Assembly (NCBI RefSeq): GCF_009914755.1
Contig: NC_060940.1
DNA length: 64,000 nucleotides
DNA from: the human T2T-CHM13v2.0 reference genome, Homo sapiens
Reading direction: 5' to 3' (one strand)
Shown: one piece after another, positions 17,113 to 47,719 of the stretch
Position numbering within the stretch: the first letter of the stretch is position 1
How the letters are laid out: the number at the start of each line of letters is the position of its first letter
Translations under genes and position numbers: made by a program
The notes under the pieces: generated by a model
What the model was told of the DNA's origin: nothing
The model's input: the letters and a program-made list of their open reading frames with translations, nothing else
Database searches by the model: none

Positions 17113-18872
17113 TAATTTAATCCTCACAACCTTATGAGGTAGATACTAGCATTTCTATTCTACACTTGAGGAAACAGGCACAGATAAGTGGAAGTGACTC
17201 ACCCAAGGTCCTACCAAACTGTTGAGTAGCAGAACCCTGCCAATTTGGCATTAGTGGCCGGCTATTTAATCATGACTCCACGCTACCTTTCAAATAAAAG
17301 CAGATGGTAAGGAAAGGACAGCTGTGAGGACTGAACCATTAAGCACATTCCCCTAACAGAGAAAGGGAATTGCAAAGGTGGCAGAACAAACACAGTAACA
17401 GATGAGTTTTAAGGAGGAATTAAAAAAAAACTTTAGGCCGGGCGCCATGTCTCACGCCTGTAATCTCAGCACTTTGGGAGGCCGAGGCGGGTAGATCATT
17501 TGAGGTCGGAAATTGGAGACCAGCCTGGCAAACATGGTGAAACTCCGTCTCTACCAAAGATACAAAAAATTAGCTGGGTGTGGTGGCACGCACCTGTGGT
17601 CCCAGGTACTCATGGTGCGGCCACCATTGCATCTTGGGCCTCACTAACCAGTTCCCGTTTGTTGGATTCAATACTGTCTCACCACACAGGCCAATCTTGT
17701 GTTTTATTAATTTTTTAAATTTTTTTTTTTTTTTTTGTAGAGATGGGCTCACTATGTTGCCCAGGCTGGTCCTGAACTCCTGAGGTAGGAGGATCGCTTG
17801 AGCCTGGGAGACAGAGGTTGCAGTGAGCCGAGATTATGCTACTGCACTCCTGCCTGGGTGACACAGTGAGACTCTGTCTTAAACAAAACAAAACAAAAAA
17901 AGGCCAGGCGCAGGGGCTCACACCTGTAATCCTAGCACTTTGGGAGGCCAAGGTGGGTGGATCATTTGAGGTCAGGAGTTTGAGACCAGCCTGATCAGCA
18001 TGGTGAAACCCCGTCTCTACTAAAAACAGAAAAATTAGCCAGGTGTCGTGGCTTGCACCTGTAGTCCCAGCTACTCAGGAGGCTGAGACAGGAAAATTGC
18101 TTCAACCAGGGAGATGGAGGCTGCAGTGCGCAGAGTCGCGCCACTGCCTGGGTGACACAGTGAGACTCCATCTCAAAAAAGCCCAGGGTGCTTGGCGCCA
18201 AAAAAGGGATCTCTGACCTTGTGTTCATTATGACCTTCAAAAGAGTGAAGTGGTGAGGGCATGAGGGCAGAGGAAAAGAAGGGCTTAAGACAACGAAGGA
18301 AAAGAAGGCACCAGAGTCTAGTGCCTTTGCCGCCAAACCTAAGCCTATAAGGTTGGCAGCAAAACCAAAGCACAAACTGATAGCAAAGGAGGTAAAGCCA
18401 GGGGAGAAGAAACTGAAGACGTCAAAGACAGAAATGAAGCACATCATCTGGTTTAAAACAAATGATAGAGTTTTTACAGTTCTGGAAAATGACCGTATAA
18501 TATTCTCTGCTAAGAAGAATAACTTCTGCTAAACAACCATAAGACTGCAGCTGGCTCTACTCAGATCTGCTTATTCCAACAAGACCAAGGTGCTAGTTCT
18601 AACTTCGAGTAGTCCCTCTGTATGGCTGCAGCGTTGCGCACAGTGGACTGCCGGTCACAAGGAAGACTGGATGAGCGTGGGTTCACACATTTCCCACACT
18701 TGCCTCAGCAAAAGAACCACCTGGGACACTTGTTTAAAAATGACAGATTCCCACGGTCCACCTCGGCAGATTCTGATCCTGCCACGCCAGGGAGCTGTAT
18801 TTTTCAACAAGTACACCAGGTGATCACGCAAGTTTAAGAAATTAGCACAAGTTGGCCGGGCGCAGTGGCTCA

Positions 18873-19306
<434 letters not shown>

Positions 19307-19659
19307 TCACACATCGGCCCCCAAAGGTCAAACATTAAGAAGGAAGCTTACTGCCCTGTCCCAGACTTTTCTAGGTGACTTCTTCCTCCGGACTCTGCAG
19401 CAGTCTTACTAGTTCTGAAAGCACAAGCGGACCGCACGTCTCAACGCGGGAAAACAGTTCCATCTGCAGGGATGGAGGACCGGGCTAGACAAGCTGGAGT
19501 TGGCTCTGCGCCGCAGGGGTGTGCAAGCCCAAGACTGGGGAGCCCGAGGTCACCCCGGCCGCCCTGGCATCGGGGCTGAGGTGCAGGCTCCTGGAGGAGC
19601 GGTGCGCAGGCCCAGGGGTAGCCGAGGACACAAGCCAAGGCACGAGCGGACAACCTTAC

Positions 19660-19726
19660 GGGGACGAGTACTACCGCCCGGACGCGACTTCGCGAGAGGC
19701 CAGGCGGAACCCACTGGAAGCGTGAG
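19660..19726 (-). other. Possible second 5'UTR exon of the PDPR duplicate
   Basis: GTAAGG donor at 19659; pyrimidine tract at ~19750-19775 and ctag acceptor at 19727-19730; acceptor position uncertain. Confidence 0.45.
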
Positions 19727-19843
19727 CTAGCGGGGACCACCCCCGGGCGAAACCAAAGGAGAAAGAGGGGAACCCAGGGGTCCCGGGGCGCTTAGGCCCG
19801 CGCGGACGGGGAGGCCAGAGTTGCCCCGAAGCTATCTCCTTAC

Positions 19844-20010
19844 CTCACCGGCCCCCACGGGCTCCGCGCTCAGCTACAGCCCGGCGGGAGCAATGCGGCA
19901 GCCACAACAGTTGCCGGCGGTCGCCGCGGGCCGGAAAGCGGGGTTCGGGGATGGGAAGGGGGCGGGGCGAAGCGAGCAAAAAGTTCCGGGGAAGCCGAGA
20001 CCGCGACCTT
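19844..20010 (-). other. Probable non-coding first exon of the PDPR duplicate
   Basis: GAG|GTAAGG donor at 19843 inside the CpG island, near GC box and ETS motifs; TSS approximate. Confidence 0.6.
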
Positions 20011-21635
20011 CCGCGCTTTACGGCCCCCGGGCACGGGTACCGCCGGCGCGTGACCTCAGCCGCGCCCGAGCGCGCCGTGACGCCCTCGCGGAGCCCCGCC
20101 CCTGCCACGTGGGCTTGTTTGGGTCTCGCGAGGCACCGCCCCCGCGGCCTCTTTGCCACCCTCAGAGGCGAGCTGTGGAAGCCTTGACTCTTAGGGCCGT
20201 TTTAGAACCCGGGCCTCGGACCGGCGGGGTTTCTGCACGTGGAACCGGAACATCTGAGATGATCGCAGGCCCTGTGGAGTGTGGGGAGCGCGGGGGTTCT
20301 TTCTTCCCTCGAGGCCCGTGCCAGGGCTTACTCCAAAGCCAGTGGGTCCCCAGTCCTAAGCCAAGCAGTCCCGGGGGAAAACGCTTCTCATCGCCGTGGG
20401 AGCGCGGATCTTGGAAGTGGCTCTGGGCTTTCTTGGGCGAGGCTCTCACAGAGTAGATCGGAAATCCATTCTGCTGGCCCGCCCCACCTCGGAGGACGGA
20501 CTAACGGACCTGAGTTCCCGGCCCTATCTTACTCTTCTCAGCTTCTCAGCTTGGCTCAGCTCAGAGGAAGAGGAATCACTGAAGTCTCAGAGAAGTCTCC
20601 ACTCATCCCTTCCTCACCGTCACATCAGCCTTTTCTTTCCTTCTAGAAGTCATCACTGACTCAAGGATATAAGTTTGATGACTGTCTTTTCCACTGGTGT
20701 GACACGATCTCTGTCGACAGAACCTTAGTCTTATGCATAGCTTTATTCTCAGCACCCAGAACAGTGCCTGGCACCTCTTCCACTGAATATTATATGCATA
20801 AGGGTCTCATGCTGCAGCCACCATTGCATCTTGGGCCACACTATCCAGTTCCCGTTTGTTGGATTCAATACTGTCTCACCACACAAACCAATCTTGTGTT
20901 TTATTAATTAAAAAAAATTTTTTTTTTTTTTGTAGAGATAGGCTCACTGTGTTGCCCAGGCTGGGCCTGAACTCCTGGCTTCAAGTGATCCTTCCATCTC
21001 AGCCTCCCAAAGTCCTGGGATTACAGGCGTGAGCCACTGTGCCTGCCCCAATCTTGTGTTTTATTGCTGGCCACCTGTAGCCAGGCACTGTGCAGGATGA
21101 TGGGATCCAGCAGTGTACAAGAAAGAGGCGGTTTCTGCTCTTAGGGAGTGGCAGTCAAGTTCCAGGGACCCCTCTGTCACAAGGCCAGGCCACAGCCTAC
21201 ATAGTTTATACCCCATTTACTGGCCAGTCAAATCACACAAAGACAGCCCAGATGAGGTCTGCCAGACAGTGGACTGAAACTATGCCATAGGCTCCTGTGC
21301 TAGATAAATACTTCCATATTTTAGCTAGGATTGAATGCTTGGGGACACCTACCTGTCTAAAAAAAGAGAAAACGGCTGACCAATTTGAGACATTCTCGGG
21401 GAAGGCTTTCCTGATGCCCAGATGTGGCAATTTCATGAAAAATATCACAGGTTTTCCTCATGAACCATTTGGTTCAAGCCATTTCCAGGCACATGAATTT
21501 GGGAGAAACCTGGTTGTCTGCAGGAGATGGTGGATGAAATCAAGTGAAATACTTAATGTGTTGATTTCATTCTGTTTACGTGCAGTAAATAGCAAACAAA
21601 TGGTATAGATCTGTCCCTGATTTCCTTCTCCATCA

Positions 21636-21948
<313 letters not shown>

Positions 21949-22043
21949 TCAAAAAAAAAAAAAAAAAAAAAGGAAGGAAGTCCTAAGGCCCCTTTCATTG
22001 TCAAAGATGGGTCTTGTCCTTAGTAGGTTCTCATAACCACTGA

Positions 22044-22312
<269 letters not shown>

Positions 22313-22315
22313 TGA

Positions 22316-22673
<358 letters not shown>

Positions 22674-22839
22674 TAAACAGACGTTTTAATTACGCTTGTC
22701 AAGTCCTCTTGTGAAATATTCATCTGCAGTGACTTGGTAAATGTGTTTGCTACCACACAGGATAAACAGTGTACAGACAAACATTTGACATACCTATGTT
22801 ACCACAGTGTAAGAATGAATTTGGATCTGAGGTCGCTAA

Positions 22840-23944
<1,105 letters not shown>

Positions 23945-24451
23945 AGGAACTTCTCTTATATCTAGAAGCCACCGGATGTTAACTAAGAGTCCTGGGAAGA
24001 AATGGTAGTCATTTAAAGCTTTTTTAAGAGGGAAGACTTGCACTGGGTCTTAATGAAAATACACAGGACAAAATTTTTCCTTCTGTATCAGCTCACGTAA
24101 TCTTTCTGGCAATCTCATGAAGTAAATTTTAGCAGATAGAGTAGACACAGATGTAACATGACTTTTCCAAGATCACACACCTAGGAGGAAGGACCAGAAA
24201 TGGAGCTCTTCCCATGTTGAATATCTGAATCTAATGATCTTTGCACTATGCCATAGGACAGGTGGCCAGGAAAGCATCTGAGACTGGGTGATGTAAGGGC
24301 TGGATACAGAGACAGAAAAAAGCAGGCAGTGTAACAGGAAGGAACGCAGCTAGCTATGGTAGATGGGATGTTGTTTTCAATTCCTCATTCCCTATTGCCA
24401 TGTGACCTTGCAGTGCACGAAATGGGGGGAGTAGGATTCCTGTCCCACTGA

Positions 24452-24717
<266 letters not shown>

Positions 24718-24950
24718 TGATCCGCCCGCCTTGGCCTCCCAACGTGCTGGGATTACAGGCGTGAGCCATTGCACCTGGCCAACCAAACTTATTTTTTAAG
24801 GTGGGTAGAAGCCATAGTGTACAGATCTGGAGATTGGCCTTAAGAGGTGTTGAGCATGTCATCAGCCCTTGTCACAAGTTTATGCCCTGAGTAGCTGTTG
24901 GATCATGGAAAGTGAAAGGCACTTGAAACAGACCTGAACTCAGCCTGAAG

Positions 24951-25061
24951 CCAAGCCTGCTGACCCTCAGCCTGAAACAAAGCTGTCCAAGCCTGCTGAC
25001 CCTCAGTTTGAAACAAAGCTGTCCAAGCCTACTGACTCTCAGTTTGAAACACAGCTGTCCA
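24951..25061 (+). repeat. 3 x 36-bp minisatellite inside an old MaLR/MLT1-like LTR
   Basis: ccaagcctgctgaccctcag(cc/tt)tgaaacaaagctgt at 24951, 24987, 25023. Confidence 0.9.
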
Positions 25062-25589
25062 GCTAGACCATAGTCACCTACAGTCTCATGAGCATGGCAC
25101 TGAATGCTTTGTTGTAAGGCACTGAGTTTTGGGCTGGTTTACTAGGTAGCCTTTTTTGCAGCTCAAATAAAGGCTGTCTGATAGTGCAATTATATAAGAA
25201 TGGTGAAATCAGGGCCTACGCCTTCTTAAGGAAATCTTCACTCACTGCAGTCTTGCAAGTCAATGGTCTTATTCTGCTTATCCAACTAATTCTGGAGCAG
25301 CTACATCTGGGAACCCCGTAGGCTCACGTCTACAACAGTGTCTTCATCCTGTCTTCTCAATCAGCCCCTTCTATTTCCAGTTCCAGGAATGGCCAACCAC
25401 ACCAGAAACCTGGGACTCACCTGGTCTCCCCACTCGCCTCTCCCTCCACCTCCTGCTCATCACCCAGCCTCAAAGGGTCTGTCTCCTCAGTGCCTCTCCT
25501 CTGTTCGGACCTCTCTGTCCCTACCACCGCTGCTGTGGTTGAGAGGGTTGTCAGCCCTGACTTCGAGAACAATCTTTTTTTTTTTTTGA

Positions 25590-25697
<108 letters not shown>

Positions 25698-26070
25698 TAG
25701 CTGGGATTACAGGCATGCACCACCATGCCCCGCTAATTTTTGTATGTTTAGTAGAGACTGGGTTTCACCATATTGGTCAGGCTGGTCTCGAACTCCAAAC
25801 CTTGTGATCCGCCCGCCTCTGAGATCAGAACTGAGATCACGCCACTGCATTCCAACCTGGGCAACAAGAGCTAACTCTGTCTCAAAAAAAAAAAAAAAAG
25901 TTTTTAAAGACAGGGTCTCGCTATGTTGCCCATGCTGGTCTTGAATTCCTGGGGTCAAGTGATGCTTCTGCTTTAGCCTCCCAAGGAGCTGGAATCATGG
26001 GTGCCCACCACCATGCTCGGCTACTATTTTCTTCAAAATTCAAATATTCTAGCTTAACAGTACCTATTAG

Positions 26071-26301
<231 letters not shown>

Positions 26302-27261
26302 TAGTTTTAGTAGAGACGGGGTTTCACCGTGTTAGCCAGGATGGTCTCGATCTCCTGACCTCGTGATCCACCCGCCTCGGCCTCCCAAAGTGCTGGGATT
26401 ACAGGCTTGAGCCGTGGCACCCGGCCCAGGAACTTCTCTTATATCTAGAAGCCAGGCTTGGTGACTCTACTTGCTCACCAGATGATCCTACACCTGCCAC
26501 CTCCGATGGATCCACTGCCTCTGTGCCTGCCTGTACTGCTGATGCTCCAGTGGATAACTCAGCATCCCAGCCTAGGCCCAATGCCACTGAAGATGGACCT
26601 GCCCCCTGGAGACCCAGGAGTTCTACCACTCAGCTGTCCCCAGAAGTGCCCAGACCCTCATTCTTATCCAGGACCTAGGAGCCCTACCCCCTGGCCTTCC
26701 GTCATCAGCCGTAAATGATGATTTACTGCTGTTACCATCATCACTGCATTTAGTAACCAAGGGCCTTCCAAGGTGCCAGCTCTGGAACGAAGGATGCCTT
26801 TGGGAGGTGATGACACTCAGGTACACGGGTGCTCAACAGATTGCTTCCTCCTATCCTCAGATGGTCTTTGCATGCATGCAGCCATTGGCACTCCCATTGT
26901 ACGCAAGGAAACCAGCCCAGGGTCACACAGCTGGTCAGCAGCAACACAGCTGGTCTCAAATCTAAGGTGCCTGGCCATGCCTCCATGAGGGACCGCCTGC
27001 AAGGGAGGTTGATCCTGGCTTTGGGGAGCCTTTCCTGGGCTGCACGAGTAACCTCCAATGTTTGAGGCCCCAAACTCTGCTCACATCTTCCTTTCCCTGT
27101 CTCTGCTTGGGCTATGATCACGGTGACTCTAGCAACCCTTCATGGACATTATAGTACTCTCTGCCATTCACTTTTGGTCTAATCTGACTTCAACCCCCAC
27201 TTACTTGGTCTCTCCTTTTACAACCAACACAACCGAAATCCGAGGGCTTCTTTTTTTTTGA

Positions 27262-27459
<198 letters not shown>

Positions 27460-27629
27460 TGATCTCGAACTCCTAACCTCGTGATCCGCCTGCCTCAGCC
27501 TCCCAAAGTGCTGGGATTACAGGCGTGAGCCACCATGCCCAGCCAAATCTAGGGCTGGAACATGGCTGCAGCATATAAATAGAATTGAATTCCATAGTTT
27601 TGTTAACCCTGTTTTTTGTTTGTTTGTAG

Positions 27630-27788
<159 letters not shown>

Positions 27789-28679
27789 TAATTTTTGTAT
27801 TTTATTAGAGACAGGGTTTCACCATATTGGCCAGGCTGGTCTGGAACTCCTGACCTTGTGATCCACCCACCTCGGCCTCCCAAAGTGCTGGGATTACAGG
27901 CGTGAGCCACCACACCCAGCCCCTGTTTTGTTTTTGTTTTGCTTGTTTCTTAGGGTTGTTTTTCTATTTATGGTAAAGGCATTGGCTTTCCATTTGTAGC
28001 ATCAATAGAATATTTCCTGTTTACAATAACCTTATGTCATAGTAAATGGTAAAGGGATTTAAAGCAGTGGTTTTCAGCTGCCAGAGGCCTGAGTGAGTTT
28101 GGGCACACTCTGTGTGATCGGGCAGAAGGCCTGTGGGAAGTTCAGCTGAGGACAGGGCCAGGAAAGGTGATGGACAGTGGGGGTCTGTCCTGGTCACCAG
28201 ACCCCTGGGTCCTGCCCACCTGCTTGGAGCTCCCCACCCATCACACATGATGCTGCCAAGCCCTCTGGGTATTGTGGGCAAATACCTTAGGAGAGAAGCT
28301 GATGAACTTTGTTTCTTGAAATGCACAGATTCCTTGGACGTCCCTGAGAGGTCAATGATGAAGGTCAACTTGGTTTTCTCCCCCTCATTTGGGTTCAGAA
28401 TTTAAAGTCCACACACACAGGCAGTAAGATGATTATAGATAAGGACATCATCACTCGGTTTCAGATGTTAAAATGTCTAGGTGGGTTAGGGGTGATTTGA
28501 GATCACACAACCTTGTGCCACAAAGAGGAATTCCCAGGCCAGGGGGAGACATTTTATTGCCATGTTATGATCTCATCATTGAGTTGAAAGGCAATCTTGT
28601 TTCATTTTGGATTCTTTCTTATGTTTATGTCTTATAAGGGCACTTTGAATTTCCAAGCAAATAATAATTTTGAATTAGC

Positions 28680-28850
28680 TTTTAATCATTGACTTCTAGC
28701 ACAGTTATATGATCAGAAACATGCTGTGTGATTTGATTGCTCTCAAATATATTGAGATTTGCTGGAACAAAATAAGTCAGGTTAATTTTTGTAAATGTAC
28801 CATGCATGCTTAAAATGAATGTATCTACATTTGTTCCTGAGATACAGGTT
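28680..28850 (-). mobile_element. Ancient L1 ORF2 endonuclease relic
   Basis: Translation TFILSMHGTFTKIN...NLNIF...VSDHITVLEVN resembles L1 EN HGTFTKIDH...SDHNGIKLEIN. Confidence 0.65.
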
Positions 28851-29479
28851 GATGGACGGATGGCTACATGGATGTGATGGAGATGGTTTACTATCGGGAC
28901 CTTCCGCATCCTGCTGATGTTTTGTTGCTTAGGATATGAATGGCTGAGCGGAGGCTGTAAAACCTGGCACTCTGCTTGGGTATGAAGTTCTTCCTGCCAT
29001 CCTGCCATCATTTGTTTTTTATGTTTTGTCGCCAAAAGTGACCTTGAGGAACCCTGGGAGCTCAGGAAGGAAGGAGAGCCCAGAAGCAGGGACAGGGAGC
29101 TGGTTGGGGAGGACCAGAAATCAGGTTTGTGAAGGTTCCAGAGAGGACCTGTCCTTGCGAGGAGTGTGGGAGACTGAGATGGGGGAGGGGTCATTGGAAT
29201 GATGCGGGCGCTACTTGGCATTGTCCATTGTGAGGCACCACCGGGGTCATCAGGGATTGGTGGAGAGGGAGTATAAAGCCCCAGGGTTGCTAAGGGAGGG
29301 CCCAGACCGAAGAAGGTTTGGTGGATAGCAGAACCTTTTTGTCTCCCTCTAATTGCTCCTAAGCCTCACGCTCCCTTGCCCCACGTGTCCTGTTGCTTCC
29401 CTGATCTTCTCCGTGACCTGTAGCTAAACCTTCCACCAGCGCTTGAGAACTTAATTTGAACCGGATCCTTTCCCAGACC

Positions 29480-29700
29480 CCTTTCTTCTCCTCCTCCTCC
29501 TCCTCCACCTCCTCCAGGTGCCCAACAGCCCCCTTCTCCTCCTTTCCCTTCCCTTACTTCCCCCCTTCCCCTCCCCTCCCCCTCCCCCTCCCCTCCCCCT
29601 CCCCTCCCCCTCCCCTCCCCCTCCCCTCCCCCTCCCCAACTTAGATCCGGCCCCGGTCCCCGTCCCCTTCCCTCCCCCCTGCCCTAAGCCACCTCCACCT
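29480..29700 (+). repeat. Polypyrimidine (CCT)n/(CCCCT)n tract just upstream of the NPIP ATG
   Basis: Long run of C4-5T units at 29561-29637. Confidence 0.95.
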
Positions 29701-29740
29701 CTGTCCTGGCCGCCTCAGGGCGCCCTGAAAGGACCAGGAC

Positions 29741-43850
<14,110 letters not shown>

Positions 43851-43855
43851 CGAAG

Positions 43856-43885
43856 AATAAATAAATAATATAAAAATAAAATAAA
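43856..43885 (+). terminator. Cluster of AATAAA polyadenylation signals for NPIP
   Basis: aataaataaataatataaaaataaaataaa just after the stop, followed by T/GT-rich sequence. Confidence 0.75.
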
Positions 43886-44399
43886 TACTGCAGTCCTTAT
43901 GTTATTGCTTTGTTTCAATATCTGGTATGATTGCCTGAGGGACCTGAGGTTTTTAATTAATTGTAGGGTTTTTTTTTAATCTTTAGAAGTGGTTGGTTAT
44001 GTAAAATATTATTATTATTATTATTTTTTTTTTGAGACTGGGTTTTGCTCTGTCACCCAGGCTGGAGTGCAGTGGCTCGATCACAGCTCACTGCAGCCTC
44101 AACCTCCTGGGCTTCAAGCAATCCTCCTGCCTCAGCCTCCCAAGTAGCTGGGATCACAGATGTGTGCCACCACGCCTGGCCAATGTTAAAAAATCCTTTA
44201 ACTTTTTTGTAGAGATGCACTCCTGGACTCAAGCGATCCTCCTACTGGTCCCGACCACCAGCCTCTTTCCGATAAACATTTACACTGTTTATTATCTGAT
44301 GCCATTTCTATCTTCTTCCTTGTCGTCCAGACATCAAAGAATTAGGTTTCTTCAGGGTTTTCTTTTTCAAGTCCTCATTGTTAAAGATCACTCACATTA

Positions 44400-44783
<384 letters not shown>

Positions 44784-44851
44784 TCATCTGGCTATGCCAG
44801 GATGCCCAGGGGATACTCGGGGTGGGTGGCATGGTGGTGCTGGGGACTCAC

Positions 44852-44958
44852 CGCACAGGACGCTCTGATTGACGCACTGCCAGGAGTAGCGCTCTGTCTT
44901 GGGGCTGCAGCCGGCCTCCTCAGCTCGAGTGTAACAACAGTCGTGGCCATGGCAGCAC
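44852..44958 (-). pseudogene. Orphan exon of group X secretory phospholipase A2 (PLA2G10 duplicate fragment)
   Basis: 107 nt with cag acceptor and GTGAGT donor; encodes CCHGHDCCYTRAEEAGCSPKTERYSWQCVNQSVLC (sPLA2 CCxxHDxC active site); other PLA2G10 exons not found in the window. Confidence 0.9.
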
Positions 44959-46145
44959 CTGCGGATGTCACATGGGCAGGACAGCAGGTGGGTGAAGCTC
45001 TCTCCTGGCCCTCCTCTGCTGCCAGGACCATGGGTGACTGAAGACCCCCAGGGAGGCACAGCATCCTCTAAGATTTTTTTTTTTTTTTTTTTAATTTAAG
45101 AGACAGACAGGGTCTTTCTCTGTCGCCCAGGCTGGAGTGCAGAGGCACAATCATAGCTCACGGCAGCCTTGAACTCCTGGGCTCAAGCGATCCTCCCACT
45201 TCAGTGTCCCAAGTAGCTGAGACTACAGGCACACGCCAGCATGCCCGGCTGGTTTTTTAATTTGTATTTCCTTTGAGACAGCGTATCTCTCTGTCGCTCA
45301 GGCTGGGGTGCAATGGCTCCATCAGCTCACTTTAGCCTTGAACTCCCGGGCTCAAGTGATACTGCCACCTCAACCTCCCAAGTATGCTACTACAGGAACA
45401 CAAACTCCTTTTTTAAATTTTTTGTGGATATGGGGTCTCACTATGTTGCCTAGGCTGGTCTCGAACTCCCAGGCTCAAGCAGTCCTCCTACCTCAGCCTC
45501 CCCAAATGCTGGGATTACAGGTGGGAGCTACTGTACGCCTGGCCTTATCTAAGCTGTTTCCCTGAAAATGCCCGTCTTGGGTAATGATTCCATTGGCCCC
45601 ACCATGCCCTGTCCTGCCTTCCTGGCTGTGCCCAAGCTTGGTCCCTGCCTGCCTGCCTGCCTGCCTCACTCTCTCTCTGGGTCTCGAGCTCCTGTGACAC
45701 GTGACTCCTCTCTCTTCCTGGAGTGATCCAAGCCCTGCCACTTCCTGACTTTGCCCACACTGTACCCTCTGCCTGGGGCAACTTCATGTCTGCCCATTGT
45801 CCCTTAGGCCTCAGCCCAGGCACAAGCCCCTGCCTGCGGAGGTCATCCAGGCCTCACCAGGCTACACCCTCTCGTAAAATTGGATTCCCTCCCTTCAGGG
45901 CAGGTTTATAATGAAACCCTCCTCAGAGGCCAGCTGCGGTGACACCCATCTGTAATCCCAGCACTTTGGGAGGCTGAGGTGGGAGGATCACTTGAGGCCA
46001 GGGGGTCGAGACCAGCCTGGGCAACATAAGAGAGACTCTTGTCTCTCCTGTCTCTATAACAAATTTAAAAATTAGCTCCCCAGGCCAGGCTCAGTGGCTC
46101 CTGCCTGTAATCCCAACACTTTGAGAGGCCGAGGCAGGTGGATCA

Positions 46146-46417
<272 letters not shown>

Positions 46418-46679
46418 CTAGCTACTTGGGAGGCTGAGGTGGGAGGATTCCCTTCAGCCCAGGAGTTTGAGGCTGCAGTGAGCCACTATGATTGTGCCAC
46501 TGCACTCTAACCTGGGCAAAAGTGAAACCCCAGGCTAGAGTGCATGATTTTGGGTCACTGCCACCTCCACCTCCCAGGTTCGAGTGATTCTCCTGCCTCA
46601 GCTTCTTGAGTAGCTGGGACTACAGGCATGTGCCACCACGCCTGGGTAATTTTTGTATTTTTAGTAGAGACAGGGTTTA

Positions 46680-46925
<246 letters not shown>

Positions 46926-47669
46926 TCACAGCCTTCGAGCTAGGGGAGAGGCGGCCGAATTCTGCCCTCTGCTAACGAGCTATAGCTTTGTGGAAATGGG
47001 TGAGTGGCGTGCCCTTGTGAGCCTCAGGGCCCCATCTGTAAAATGGGCCTAACTGTCATGCCCGTCTTTAAGAACAGCCTTGGGGGTAAATGAGTGGAAG
47101 TCATGGAAAGATCTCAGCCCACAACCTTCCACAGAACAGGCGCTTCTCACACAGGAAGTAGGAGGAGTGCAGAGGCTGCAGGCATGAATCCAGCCAGACT
47201 GCCTGGGTTCAAGTCCCAGCTCCCACGTCTTGGTAACTAAGTGGCCTCATACAAGTTACTTAGTATTTCTTTTTTTTTTTTTTCTCAGACAGAGTTTTGC
47301 TCTGTCACCCAGGCTGGAGTGCAGTGGTGTGATCTCCGCTCACTGCAACCTCCGCCTCCCGGGTTCAAGCAATTCTGCCTCAGCTTCCTGAGTAGTTAGA
47401 ATTACAGGCACCTGTCACCACGCCCAGCTAATTTTTGTATTTTTAGTAGAGACGGGGTTTCACCATGTTGGCCAGGATGGTCTCGAACTCCTGACCTCGT
47501 GATCTGCCTGCCTCAGCCTCCCGAAGTACTGGGATTACAGGCGTGAGCCACCGCACCTGGACACGTTACTGAATATTTCTGTGCCTTGGTTTCTTCATCT
47601 GTGAAATGGGATTGTTGTGAGAACACAACGGGATTCCCAGGGCAGTTCCTAGTGCATAGTCTGGCTGCC

Positions 47670-47671
<2 letters not shown>

Positions 47672-47706
<35 letters not shown>
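47672..47706. repeat. (TG)n microsatellite
   Basis: Directly visible. Confidence 0.95.
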
Positions 47707-47708
<2 letters not shown>

Positions 47709-47719
47709 AATATAGAGAC

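Larger units (their letters stand above)
19420..20520. promoter_or_regulatory. CpG-island promoter (PDPR-type)
   Basis: High GC/CpG. GC box ~19958-19968, ETS-like TTCCGG ~19984, E-boxes CACGTG at 20106 and ~20237, TCTCGCGAG at 20124 and TTCGCGAGA at ~19689. Confidence 0.85.

Noticed and set aside
18182-18532. Lys-rich plus-strand frame ([12 protein letters not shown]...[16 protein letters not shown]) resembling an HMGN retrocopy, and its antisense 150-aa ORF
   Set aside because: Lacks the RRSARLSA core, has an in-frame TGA, no poly(A) or TSD; the DNA (tcattatgaccttcaaaagag...gtggtgagggca...aaggttggcagc) fits a purine-rich L2 relic better.
19821-20646. 211-aa and other ORFs in the first CpG island
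   Set aside because: Stop-poor GC-rich DNA with overlapping ORFs on both strands and no recognisable domain.
24951-25061. CRISPR-like 36-bp repeats
   Set aside because: Units are contiguous with no spacers, and the context is eukaryotic.
28682-29221. 179-aa minus-strand ORF
   Set aside because: Its C-terminal part is a degenerate L1 endonuclease relic; no gene structure.
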